DNA from: Lama glama | Lineage: Eukaryota | Direction: 5' to 3' | DNA: 64,000 bases | Assembly (NCBI GenBank): GCA_028534125.1 | Contig: CM052818.1 | Coordinates: 32,984,001 to 33,048,000, forward strand | Shown here: one piece after another, positions 12,086 through 23,550 of the stretch | Numbering within the stretch: the first letter of the stretch is position 1 | Layout: the number at the start of each line of letters is the position of its first letter | Notes under the pieces: model-generated | Database searches by the model: none | What the model was told of the DNA's origin: nothing | What the model saw: the letters and a program-made list of their open reading frames with translations, nothing else | Program-made: the position numbers and the translations under genes

Positions 12086-13654
12086 GTGAGCGAGGGCATG
12101 GTTAGATACGAAGGGCTCTGAGGTTCTGGGGTTGCATGACGGCTGGGCTGAGCTCGGGCCTGGATGCCCCTGGGGCACTTTCTCCTTGGAAGGCCAAGTT
12201 CTCCTCTGCTGGCTTGGCCACCTAGCAGCACTCCCAGGCCCGGCACTCTGCTTCCCCCGACCCCACCTCAGGTAGGCTGGACTCCCTGAAAGCTACAGCT
12301 CAGCCCTACCTCTGAGAGCACTTAGGTGCATGGTCTGCCTTCACTGCCCAGCCTTCTGCTGCACCTCTGGCCAGGTGAGACCCCTGGTTACTCTCTGCTT
12401 AATGAGGGGCAATCAGATCTTGCAATCAGGTGGGTCAAAGGGTAAAGTAATTGGGACAAACTGAGAAACCAGGTAAAGCAACAGCTGTGCTTGTGGTTTC
12501 AGGGCCATCTTCCTAGACACCCCCAAATACACCACTTCATTTCTTTTTTTCCTACCATTTAAAGGTAGACAGGGCCAAACGTAGCCTGAGCTGGGACAGT
12601 CACCAAGTCATAAGGGTGTCCTTTTTCAGAACCCTTTGCCAGGGGACCCTCCCATCACTTGGGCCATCAATATCCCCCTTCAATCAGATCCTGGAGGCCA
12701 GAACACCAGGTCTCAACCTCCCCTGCTGGATGGCAAGGGCTGAAGGCAGGACCAGTATCTGGTTTATCCCTGGCCTTGCGGGGAACCTCCTGATTCCCAG
12801 GCCCTTGGTGAAATTCACTGGCTGAGTTGACAGGGCACCGCCTGCCTCACTTGTCCTTATGCTTCGCTCATGTGTCAGCCCAGCAGAGCATCTCTCTGCA
12901 CTGTGGCCTGAGTCTGCTCAGTCTAATTAAGGAGTGAAAGGTGGCTTCCTCGCCCTTGGCTTGTGAGCACTAAGCACAGGTGACATTACCCACCAAGCAA
13001 ATTCAGCTGGCATTAAGGGACTCAGGTTTCAGGATGACTTAATAGAGTCGTAAGGGACCTCTGACTAAGTGAAAAAAACCAGGTGACAGATAACATTTTG
13101 GCCTTTTTATGTATGAAGGAGCTAAGGAATGTGCTAACAATGCTTGTCTCTAATTGGGATTACAGTTGATTTTCTTTCTTTTCATTTCATTTTCCTGAAC
13201 TGAATTGATACATTTATTTTGTAAGTAAGGGAGTTACTATGAAGTGAAATAAACTGAACATGAGAGCTGGGTCTTCTCCTTGGTGGGGGGCAGGGTGGGG
13301 ACAGTGAATGACGGACAGTTTCCCAGAGGTAAGTCCACCCCTGGGGTCCTGGGGAAGAAAGGGCCTCAGGACTCCGGGCCAGCCACCCCCTGACCTCTCT
13401 CCCCTGTCCCCCAACCTTAACCCAGTGCCTCCTGGATTTTCTTCGCTCAGAGACCCTCCGACACATTTCACCGTTCAGGGTGCGTGCCTTCTCATACCCT
13501 GGCTCCCTACCTGTCCTCTTAGAATGCCTCTCCCTTCCTCCCTGGGCTCTGCAATGAGGGGGCCCAGAGGGTACATCTTCTACATTAACCAAAATGCTGC
13601 TGTCAGGAGGGACAGGGACGATCTGGATTCTGGCCATGAAAACACAGAACTCAC

Positions 13655-13698
13655 CAGTCACCACGCCCATGCATGCCTGCAGTGGCCTGTCTTCAGTC
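13655..13698 (-). CDS. PLB1: PLB1 coding exon 6 (44 nt; TEDRPLQACMGVVT)
   Basis: Acceptor ttctgcttgcag|G, donor CTG|gtgagt; phase 2 to 1. Confidence 0.93.
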
Positions 13699-14279
13699 CT
13701 GCAAGCAGAAGCCAACACACGACCGTCAGACTGCATTTGTCGCCTACCAACCCTTGCCCTTGCTTGCTGTGGTCTGTTTCAGAACAAGTTTTGGCCCAGT
13801 GTTGCTCTGGTTCCGGATTTATCCTTCCCGGAGACAGACCTCAGATGGCAATGGAGTCACCAAAGTGGGGTGAGGCAGCCCCATCTGGACCCTCTCCCCA
13901 CCTCTCTAGTTTGGTCCACAGTTGGAAGGGGATGCAGACCCCGTTGTAGGAGGAGCCCGATCCTGGTCCAGCCCTGCTTGCTTCCCCCACAGCAGAGCAA
14001 GGAGAATGGCGGAAGGAAGCAGGGATCCCACATTCAGCCTTTTCCCACTTTCCTCCCTTATTCACCCAGAAGGGCCCAGGGGTTTGGCAGGAATGGGGAG
14101 GGTTGGATGTGGAGGCAGGAGGCTGCATCCTGGTCCTCCCTCACCACCTGCTCGTAAGGGGGCCTGGAGCAGGCATCTCCTCTCTGGCCCTCAGGTTTCC
14201 CTGTCAGTGAAGCAGGGAGGTGAAGCAGATAACTCTGAGGCTCTGCTCAACTCTGCTGCTCTGGTTCTGGGACAATTAC

Positions 14280-14320
14280 CATTCTTGCTTCTCCAGGTCT
14301 CCTGTCCCTGAGTCTGGAGG
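14280..14320 (-). CDS. PLB1: PLB1 coding exon 5 (41 nt; PPDSGTGDLEKQEW)
   Basis: Acceptor tcttttccag|CCT, donor TG|gtaatt; phase 0 to 2; resembles human PPDPGTGDLEKQDW. Confidence 0.94.
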
Positions 14321-14669
14321 CTGGAAAAGACACAAGGTGTGAACCGCCCCACCAGGGAAGGCAGCCAGCCTGTCCTTGTGAGACCCCAGGTGCCTATCAG
14401 ACACCCCCCTCCACCAAAAAGAGGGAACCCATGGATCCTGAAAAAGTCCAAACCTGCCTTTGTTTGTTTCTGGGGGAGGGAAGTAGGAACATCAGGGTTT
14501 CTCCAAAGCATGTTGCCTGAACTCAGAGCAATGGAAGGTTTAAATATTTTCTTCTGAATAGAAAACCGGATGGGAGAGCTTAGATTTAAATATACCTATG
14601 TGGAATATTAACATCCTACATAGAAACGAAAGAGATTATTTTATTATGACCTTCCATAGTCTAAAATTC

Positions 14670-14830
14670 ATTTGTGTATCGTCTGTCTCCCCTGCCTAGA
14701 GTGTAAGCACCACGAGGGCAGGGATTTGCGCCTGTTCTGTCCTTGACTATGTTCCCCGGACCTAGAACAGTACCTGACACACCATAAGTGCTCAGTAAAT
14801 ACCTGCTCGGTAACTATTTTTTGAATGAAC
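14670..14830 (+). mobile_element. L2 LINE 3' end
   Basis: tgtctcccctgcctagagtgtaagcaccacgagggcaggga...ctagaacagtacctgacac...gctcagtaaata...tgaatgaa. Confidence 0.8.
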
Positions 14831-16715
14831 AAAATAAGTCTCTGATCATCATCTTGGTAAATGCTGGCTAACACCCGACACTCCCTGCTGGAGAGGTTCC
14901 CTGGTCGTAGGGCTGAGGTGACCGTGGGAACCGAGTCCTCTGGGAGGTCCTAGGGACACTTGGAATTGTGCCCAGGACACAGGCAGCGCTGAGCCTGCAC
15001 CAGCTGTTGTCAGTTGTGCTACTTTCACAGGTTCAGACACAAATTCTCTCTCTCAAGATTCTCACAGAACAGTGTCTCCAGGTGTGGCGGTGACGGGTGC
15101 CGCTGTACCCACACTGCCACACCCGGCCTGCCTGTCCTTAACGACCCTTCTCCTGTGACAGCCGGTCAGCCTGTCAAGCTGGGCCACGCCTCTGGAGCCC
15201 CCTTGGGAGGACAGGCTAACCATTACCTTCCTCTAGCTGGGATGGAGTCCTCCAATCAGAGGAGCTTGAAAGGCAAAGCTTCTAGGGAAAGGTAACATGT
15301 TTTGACTTTTTTCTTATATGGAACAGGTATCCCAAGTGTTAATCTGAAAAGAATTTTAACAAACATTTACGAATCTGATCTTGAAAGTTTATGAGGAAAA
15401 GGAAGCCCAGAGCAATTAAATAAGTGTCAGCCACAGTCGCAAGCAAGCGATTGTGCCTTGGCTACAGAAAGCTCCAGAACTCAAAGCAAAAGCATCCACC
15501 TTTCGGACCTCTGTCTTTTTAATTGCACTGTCTTCCATTATGTTTTCCCTGGCCTGATGCCTTTTATAAATTAAAATCAGGCTAAGTTCATGGTACCTGA
15601 CGCTCAGGGCAGACAGAGGAAGGCAGCCTCCTAAGAATCGTGTTTTCAGGATTTATCCTGAAGGCTGAGGTGCCCGTCAGTGTAATGACAATCATTCTGG
15701 GGCTGGGAGACCATCCTGGACTGAAACCATCTTCCCGCGCCCGGGGCCTCGGGCTCACACGTGGAGAAAGGGTGAGGTGAGTGACAGCAGGAGCAGTGGG
15801 GTCTGAATAATTCATGTGTGAAGAACTCCTTCAGAGCTGGGACCAAAAGTCATTGACTGGTTTAACTTTAGAAACCTGACTCGGCGTGGAGACCTCCCTG
15901 CCCAAGGCAGAATTCGAGACTCCTCCAGCGAGCATCCCACGTTCCCGGCTCTGCAGTGGAACGACCACCAAGCAGGGACACATGGGCTCGGCAAAGTGGG
16001 CGTGCTACGCGTGACAGGAAACCTCTTTGCTCATTACGCCCATCTCCCCTTTCACATCCCTCCCACTGGTAAACCTCCCCCTTTGCTCTCATCAATACAC
16101 ACAGTCACACGTGCAGTTTTACCACCGCCATCACAGGTAGAATAGAACGAGGGTCAGGGAGCCCTGGCTGCTTGATTTCACTGGGCTCTGGTCAGTTTCT
16201 AATGTGAGGTCTTGCCCTTTACCCACAGCCGGCTCTGTGCCTGGGGTAGCGGGCTTGGGCTTGCAGCGAGGAGGCAGGCTGAGCGCAGAGGCAGGGGCAG
16301 AGGCTGCAGAGGGTACAGACTACAGCAGGGACATGGGAGGACAGTGGGATGGAGACGTGGTATGCAGAGGTAGGAGGAAGACACTGGAGAGGGGAGGAGA
16401 GGGTGTACAGGTTCACGTGTGCGAGGTACAGCCAGGCTCTGGGGTGGAGCTGAGAATACCTGATTAGTGGTCCTCTCAGCTGGGGGCTCCTTGGACTTGG
16501 AGGGCAGCAGGGCTGCCAGGCTCTGCTAAGACCAGGGCAGGTGGGAGCCAGGACTGACTGGGGAATCACACTGGCATTCCGTCTGCCCTGCTCTCCAACC
16601 CTTTTCTCTTTCTGCTCACCCCCTCTCTCCTCTCTTTCCATCTTATCAATTTCTTTTCCTGTTACCTCACCATATAACACCATACCACTTAAAACTTCAG
16701 CAAAGATGAGTGTAT

Positions 16716-16795
16716 TTTTTGTTCTTTATCTCATAAATAGAAAGTCTAGAAGACGTTTTTGTTCTTTCTCTCATAAACAGAAAGTTTAGAAGATG
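16716..16795. repeat. 40-bp tandem duplication (2 copies, 36/40 identical)
   Basis: tttttgttctttatctcataaatagaaagtctagaagacg / tttttgttctttctctcataaacagaaagtttagaagatg. Confidence 0.9.
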
Positions 16796-17063
16796 ACTTT
16801 TAAATTCTGTGTGAATTTTGACTTAATGTATCAACAGATTTAACTTGTTAATGAGAAACTCCAAAAGTTTCCTCACCCTGATGCAAAGAGAGGCATTCGT
16901 TTGATTTAAAACAACAACTCAGAACCCTAGATTTTAGAATTTCTCCAACTCGAGAGAATATTCTCTCCCAAAATTAAGCATCCTGCCTGGCTACTAGGAG
17001 CTCCTTCAGAGGCTCACCAGTCCCAGATCCTCCCTCCCACCTCCATCTCCTTGAAATACTCAC

Positions 17064-17122
17064 AGTTTCCACATCGCCAATGGCTGCCACAAATTTAATA
17101 TCAGAAGGTCTCAGAGAGTGGA
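17064..17122 (-). CDS. PLB1: PLB1 coding exon 4 (59 nt; VHSLRPSDIKFVAAIGDVET)
   Basis: Acceptor tttgcag|TC, donor ACT|gtgagt; carries the VH.L.P.DI..VAA.G block that opens each PLB1 repeat. Confidence 0.96.
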
Positions 17123-18273
17123 CTGCAAAGACAGGAACCCATGGAGGAAGGTCAGAGCTACATCCCGGACCACGTGAGCCAAGGTCACCAAATGGGAGAA
17201 GCAGACACCTGTCCCCCGGCCCGAGGACAGCCTCTGAGGTTGTGTGTGCCGCCGTGGAAGTGCAAAGCTGGAAATCAGGCAGTTGTGGGAGCCCAGCCTG
17301 AAAGAGGTTTACTCCTCTCTGGAGATCATGTTGTCAACTGAACTCAAGATCTCCAAATACATGTCCCATGGAAGGTCACTCATGGCCCTTATTTCCCTCT
17401 CCTGACCCTCTTTCTGCTGTGGGCCACCATCAGTAATAAGAGAGCAACACATCAAAAGGAAAACCATCTGGGTTCAAAAGGCATCATGTTATCATGTTAG
17501 CTTGAAGATTTGCCAGAGAACAGCACTCCAAGCCTGTGAACACACATAAACACCAGATCAAGCTGCATGCAGATGGCACAGCAAGAAACCTCCATGGCCC
17601 GCCTGGGCCACCGGCATTCTTAGAATTAAGTCTCCCTAGAAACCACTGACATACTCCTTGGTCACGTTTCTGGGGCCTCCTAAAGAAGCCACTTCCTAAG
17701 AAGTATGGCGATTTCTTTTTCTACCCACACGCCTTACATAGCAGAATATTAAGAATAGTATGCTTAGCTGGAAACCCTGGCAAATTATTACAATGCAGAC
17801 ATAAACAAGGCCATTGAACATGGTCAGTGATGCAGCTGGAGCAGAGGACCAGCTCAGGAGTAATGGTCACAGCATCCAGGCATTAGGCAAACCTAGCCCA
17901 TTTTAGGAAAAATATGTCTAGGGCAGCCACTGTGGCTACACTGTAGGATTAGGGGAGGCACGTGAGTGACCAAGCTCCAACCCACAGCTCCTGTGACACG
18001 GTCCACCCATCTGCAGGTGAGCTCCCGGAGGTCACCCTCACCCAGGCAAACCACTGCGGGCCCATGTTGGTTTTATCTCTGAGTGGTGTGTTGGGCTGTG
18101 TCCCTCCATAGAAATGACTGAGGGTGACAAAAGAGGAGGCTGAAGGACTAAGGATGGGGAAGAATGAGGACCTGAATGACCAAAGAGTGCAAGAGGAGAG
18201 TGGTTGGAGCCTCTGCTGGCCACACCAGAGAGAGGACTCTGGCCTTTCTAGCTCATGGCTCAGGGTCACGTAC

Positions 18274-18340
18274 CTGAGTTAGAAGGCACTTCGGATCCTG
18301 ACTTCTGTGGGTTGCATGAGAATGGAAGACTCTTCGAGGT
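18274..18340 (-). CDS. PLB1: PLB1 coding exon 3 (67 nt; TSKSLPFSCNPQKSGSEVPSNS)
   Basis: Acceptor tggcag|ACC, donor CAG|gtacgt; phase 0 to 1; conserved PF.CNP motif. Confidence 0.93.
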
Positions 18341-18616
18341 CTGCCACTGAAACCAGACATCAGAAACATCAACTGTACGGAAATCCTGCAGGTCCTGAAA
18401 GCTTGGTACAGAAATGACCATGTCCTTGTTCTGTCTAGGCTCAGAATCCAGAAGCACCAATCGTCCATAGTCATGTTCTTCTAACCCTATACCCAATTCA
18501 CCCAGCAAAACGGGGCATGTGTCTACTGGCAATGATTGTAGCAGGTGGCAGGTAAGGACGCCTCAGAACAGTAGAATGGAGAGGGAGGGAGGATGATAGA
18601 AAACAAAAACCAACTA

Positions 18617-18745
18617 CTGGGGTAACAAGAAAGTTTTGGAGATGGATAGTGGTGATGGGTGCACAACAACGTGAATATACTTAACACCATTGAACTGTAC
18701 GCTCAAAATTGGTAAATTTTGTATGTGTATTTCACTGCAATATGA
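18617..18745 (+). mobile_element. L1M 3'-terminal fragment
   Basis: aaagttttggagatggatagtggtgatgggtgcacaacaacgtgaatatacttaacaccattgaactgtac. Confidence 0.8.
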
Positions 18746-19603
18746 AAAGAAATCACCAAGAGACCCAGCATATCTGGACTAAAAAGTAACCAAATCTATT
18801 CTATGCTATTATATTTTTTGTATTACCTACTTTCCCTCTTTAAATTTGATTATTTATAGAGCAGGTATAGGAGGCATTCTGTTTATTTGCTGCTGGTAAC
18901 TGGATAAAGTGGAAACCAGGAGACTCTCATGTCCTCACTGGGCCAGCACATATCCTAAGCCCAGAGGGGCTGCTGAGAGCAGAGGAGGGACTGGGTGACC
19001 AGTGCTCGGATCCTCAAGGCCACTCAGCCTCCTCAGATACCCCTGCAAATCCAGAGCAGCCTCTGTTGCAAAATCATATGGAGGGCTCTGGGAAGGGAAA
19101 TCATATGTTCTCTCCCCAGAATTGAGAGCGAAAGGGGAGATGCTCCAATGGGGAAACATGCAGAACTGAGTTGCTTGACCACCTTTCTCTATCACAAGGA
19201 GACACAAGTTAATTTCTCATGAATTACTGATTTCGGTAAGACGTAAAAGCATTTACTCTCAATTCTTATCTTGTGGATGTTCTGGGAAGACCTCACTCAG
19301 ATGCCTTCAAATAACTCACAGTATCTGCTTCAAGGTTCACAGAGATAACAAGCCCATTTGTAACTCTGTCTGGACACTTCTGGGCGCCACCTGCTCAGTC
19401 TGCTGGGATGACAAGCCCCAAATTCCAGGAGATACAGTCATGCTCCCTCTGCTCTGCCAGGCAGCCCGACTGTCCCCGGGGAAGCAGTGTGTCCAGCCCG
19501 TTCCCTCAAGGCCTCTGGGAGGGACCTGCCAACTTTCATCAAGACTTAGATTCACCCTCTAGAGGGGAACTCACTCCCCGACCCATGAGGACAAAGCCCT
19601 GAC

Positions 19604-19665
19604 CTCCGGCCATAGTTGGTCTTCCAATGCATTCTCTCCAGGAGAGGTATGGGCCTGGGTGCTTC
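19604..19665 (-). CDS. PLB1: PLB1 coding exon 2 (62 nt; GSTQAHTSPGENALEDQLWPE)
   Basis: Acceptor ttcttttag|GA, donor GAG|gtcagg; phase 1 to 0; resembles human GTPQIHTSPRKSTLEGQLWPE. Confidence 0.93.
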
Positions 19666-21349
19666 CTAAAAGAAAGCAAAAATAGTTCAGGTTATTTAGC
19701 TGGAATTAACTCCCATCATATTCGCAGCTTTCATGCCCTTCCTCCCAGCCCTACCTATGTGCCCTGCTCAGTAATATCCCTTGTGTTAGGAAAGCCCAGG
19801 TACCATTCCTCCAAGGATCACCTTCATTGTTGGGGACACTGTGCTTCCATTAATGCAGCCTATTAAGGCAGAAGCCCTGGGTTGTAAAGCAAAAGTGTTA
19901 TCTGGGAGAGATCAGGAATAACCCTACATCACTCATGGGCACATTACCACCAATTCCTTTATTAGTTCCTGGCAAAGGGTAGAACTCTTGAGGAGAATAA
20001 TGTTGGACAAATAGTTGCTGTTGTTCAGGAATCCAGGACAAATCAGGGAAGGGAAAGGATATTCTGGAATAGTCTGAATGGTGGTGTGAGCTTAGGAGAA
20101 GAGCTAATCATGGCATCCCCAGCAGCCAAGACTGTACATAACGGCTGGACAGGGGTTGTCTTGAGGGGTCTTAGTGAACGTAAGGTAGGGAGACGGCAAA
20201 GACACTGCTCTCATCCCAGCTAACACTGGACCAGTCTTTTAAGGCTTTTTTTTTTTTAACTTTGCATACATTTAAATTCTTTAAATTACATAAAATTTAA
20301 ATTTAAATTACATAAAAAATTTTATGAGTTCTCCCATCAAACATTTAGATTTTTAAATACATAAATAACAGTATAGTACAATAATAGCACTCCCCTAAAG
20401 GAATCAAAACCCCACCCACAGTGCCATCACCCCTACAACCAAGAGTGGTTTCACATGTTCACACCCCCTTGTCCATCAGGCTCCTGATCAGTCACACTTC
20501 TCACTCAGGTGTAATCAATGCTGATGCAATTTTGTACCCTACAAGCTCCCTTTAATGTTGTATCATGAGCTTTCTTCCCATTGTTACATGATCGTGATGC
20601 TTACTTTCAACAGCTTCATGAAACATGACACTGATACGGAATCAGAGGTCTGATTCTTTTGCCTCCTTTGGCTTCTCTCCACCCAGTTTTCTGTCCAGGG
20701 TGCACACTCCCTGTAAGGGCATACCATGCAGGGACACCCAGACAGCAACAGACAAAGCCAGAGGGAGGCCTAACCTGGGGCGAAGGGCTTGATTTGTTTT
20801 CCACTCCAGCCTTTTTCTGCAGCCTTACTTTTTGACCCTGAAAACAATCCATCTGAAGTTTCATGAGGAACATGAATATATTTCCAGTTCATGCCCACGG
20901 TGAGATCAGGCACTGATTTCCATGTTGGAGCTTATAACAGGAATGATGGCTATAACCTGCCCCCAGGTCTCAGTGACCCTTTTAAAATCCCCAGAACAAA
21001 GCTTTCTGGACAGAAAGAGTTACAGGATGGGAGGGCCCGGGGTGTGGACAAGCACAAAGCACTGGGAAGGGCTGGAGCACAGGGTTTGCAACTGGAGGGG
21101 AGGGGAGGGGAGGGGCGACAAGGCTGCAGAGAGAGCTGGCAGCTGGGCTGTGGAGCTGTGAATGCCAGGCTACCCCACGAGCAACAGGGAGCTGTGACCG
21201 GTCTCTGTAGAGACAAGTGTTAGGGTGTGTTTTAAGATGATCATCACTCAGGGTAGACGAATTAGCAGGGCAGAGATTTGGGACCATTTTTGTAACATTC
21301 TTTTTAAGCCAGCATAAAAATGTATGTGGTAGCATGTATGAAGTTTTTA

Positions 21350-21560
21350 GGTACCAGGCCCTGTTTTAAGCACTTACATGAAATAATTAATTTAATTCTT
21401 ACAACAACTCTATGAGATAAATGCTATTATCCCCACTTGACAGTTAAAAAACAGGCCCAGGAAGGGTAAGTGGCATTTTAAAGGTGACACAGTCAGCAAA
21501 GGATAATGGCAGGGTTCGAAACCAGCAGTCTGGCTCCGTGGGCCATGCTCAGAACCAACA
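21350..21560 (-). mobile_element. MIR SINE
   Basis: ttcttacaacaactctatgagataaatgctattatccccact...gggttcgaaaccagcagtctggctcc. Confidence 0.8.
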
Positions 21561-21593
21561 AGCTAAGTGTAAGTCACAGCTTAAGATTTAGAC

Positions 21594-22235
21594 CAGGGAT
21601 TGACAAAGGTCTTCTGTAAAGGGCCAGACAGTCAGTATTTTAGGTTTTGCAAACCATACATTCTCTGTCACAATTACTCAGCCCTGCCGCTGTCCTGTGA
21701 AAGCCACCAAAGATAATATGCAAACAAATTAACTTTATGGAGACAAATTTGAATTTTATGTAATTTTCATACGCCACAAAATACCTTTCTATTTTTCTCA
21801 ACCATTTGAAAACCCACTTGTGGATGTCAACAAACTGCTTTTAAAGTTTCCATGGAGAGGCAAAAGCCCCAGAATAGCCAACAGAATATTGAAGGAGAGG
21901 AACAAACTCAGAGGCCTGGCAGTGCCCAACTTCAAAACTTCCTATAAAGCTACAGGGTGGTATTGGCAGAAGATCAGACAAACAGATTCATGGGACAAGA
22001 GAGACAGCCCAGAAGCAGACCCACATAAATAGAGCCAACTGATCTTTGACAAGAGTGCAAAGGCCACATAATGGAGAAAAGACTGTCTTTTTAACAAATG
22101 GAGCTGGAGTAACTAGACGTCAATGTGAAAAAATGAACCTAAAAATGTAAAAATCATCCTTAGCTCACAGGGCATACAAAAAGAAGCAGAAGCCTAGATT
22201 TGGCCCATGGACCACTGTTTGCCAACCAATGCCTG
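21594..22235 (+). mobile_element. MER58B-like hAT/Charlie DNA transposon, split by an L1 fragment
   Basis: caggg...tctgtaaagggccagacagt...caaccattt[insert]aaaaatgtaaaaatcatccttagctc...gatttggccc...gtttgcc...cctg; flanked by an 8-bp hAT-type TSD atttagac/atctagac. Confidence 0.85.
21813..22140 (+). mobile_element. internal L1 ORF2 fragment inserted in MER58B
   Basis: ORF 21820-22032 (KLLLKFPWRGKSPRIANRILKERNKLRGLAVPNFKTSYKAT..WYWQK.RQTD.W) is recognisably L1 ORF2. Confidence 0.88.
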
Positions 22236-23294
22236 ATCTAGACCCCACTGAAAAGAGGTCAGCAAGGCGAAGTGGGAAGATGGCATCTCTGGTGATCGGC
22301 AATAGCCCTTGGCCCCAGGCATCCCACATGGGAGCCTGGGACCTACCTCTAGATCACCAGGCTGGTTGCCACCACCACAACCCCTCACTGGGCTTTGCCA
22401 GGACCTTCACAACTAGAGGAACGCAGGTACCTCTCCCGTGGTCTTAAATGTCCCATTCAGCACACCTCCTAGTCCTCCAGGCTTTAAGTCTGAGAGAGAA
22501 AAAAGAAATGCTCCTCAAAGAAAGGCTTTGGTCCCTGCTACAAATAGTAGTTTACTTTAAAAAAAAAGAAAAGATTTTTATGACCATGGATATGCTTGTA
22601 TTCTATAGTTTATACATTAAAAAAATTTAATACTATAAGCGGAAGATCTAGCCCACTGCCTGTACAAAACGTATATTGAAATGTGTTGATTTTGATGAAA
22701 AGCGCTGTTGTTTCATTATCAAAACAAGCCAGAGAGATAGATGTCATCATTAGTACAATTTTATAGCCACAAAAGTTAAAATCTTCTTTAGAGAGGTGGG
22801 GCTGGATTGACAGCTCCTACCTGCTGACTCGAAATCTAAAATATTTTAAAGAGTTTCAAAAGAGGTGGTTTTTGAAGACGATAGATATCTTTCCCTGCAG
22901 TCATTATAGAATCTTCTGGCCCTAATTTTTCCCTCTGCAGACATTCTATCATGTACTTCCACACTGTGTGCATGCATGCGTGTGTGTGCCCATCTGTTGA
23001 GAGTCATAAAGGCACCATGAACTTAAGGGGTCAAGAGCCAGGGAAAAGGAAAATGAAGAGAGTGAGCCCAACATTTGATGCTGCTTTTGCCCTTGAAACA
23101 TTTGCCAAATCACAGTGACAGAAATCAGCAGGTAAGTGGTTAATATGCTGGGCAGAGCTTCAGGGAGCTCCATGGAGCTGGGGGAAGCAGGGGAGTCCAG
23201 TACTCATCAAGGAGGAGGGGCCCTGGTGAGTGTCCCAGGCTCTTAGTTGAAACTTCAGAGAACTAGACCCCTGGAAGAAGGGTAAAGGGGAAAT

Positions 23295-23550
23295 AGACCA
23301 GTCTCCAAAAAGACTGAAGCCCACCTTTGAGTGAGTTTGATTCCCAATATTAGATTAGGGTGATCTGCCCCTACCTAACTGCTTGCCAAAAGCAAAGCCT
23401 TTATGGAGGAAGATATCACCATCTAGAACATAGAATTATATAATCTTTCATATACAATGCCCAGCTTCCGATTTTTAAAAAATTGCCAGGAGACAACACC
23501 AAATAAATGGAAACCGTGAGAGAGAAAACCAAAAGAGATGATAGACAGTG
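23295..23550 (+). mobile_element. ancient L1M 5' region fragment
   Basis: gtgatctgcccctacctaactgcttgccaaaagcaaa...tggaggaagat...atacaatgcccagc...aaaaaattgccagg resembles ancient L1 5'UTR/ORF1 start. Confidence 0.5.

Noticed and set aside
13182-14311. Several 130-213 aa overlapping ORFs
   Set aside because: Only the 44-nt exon 6 and 41-nt exon 5 segments resemble PLB1. The remainder is low-complexity intronic read-through.
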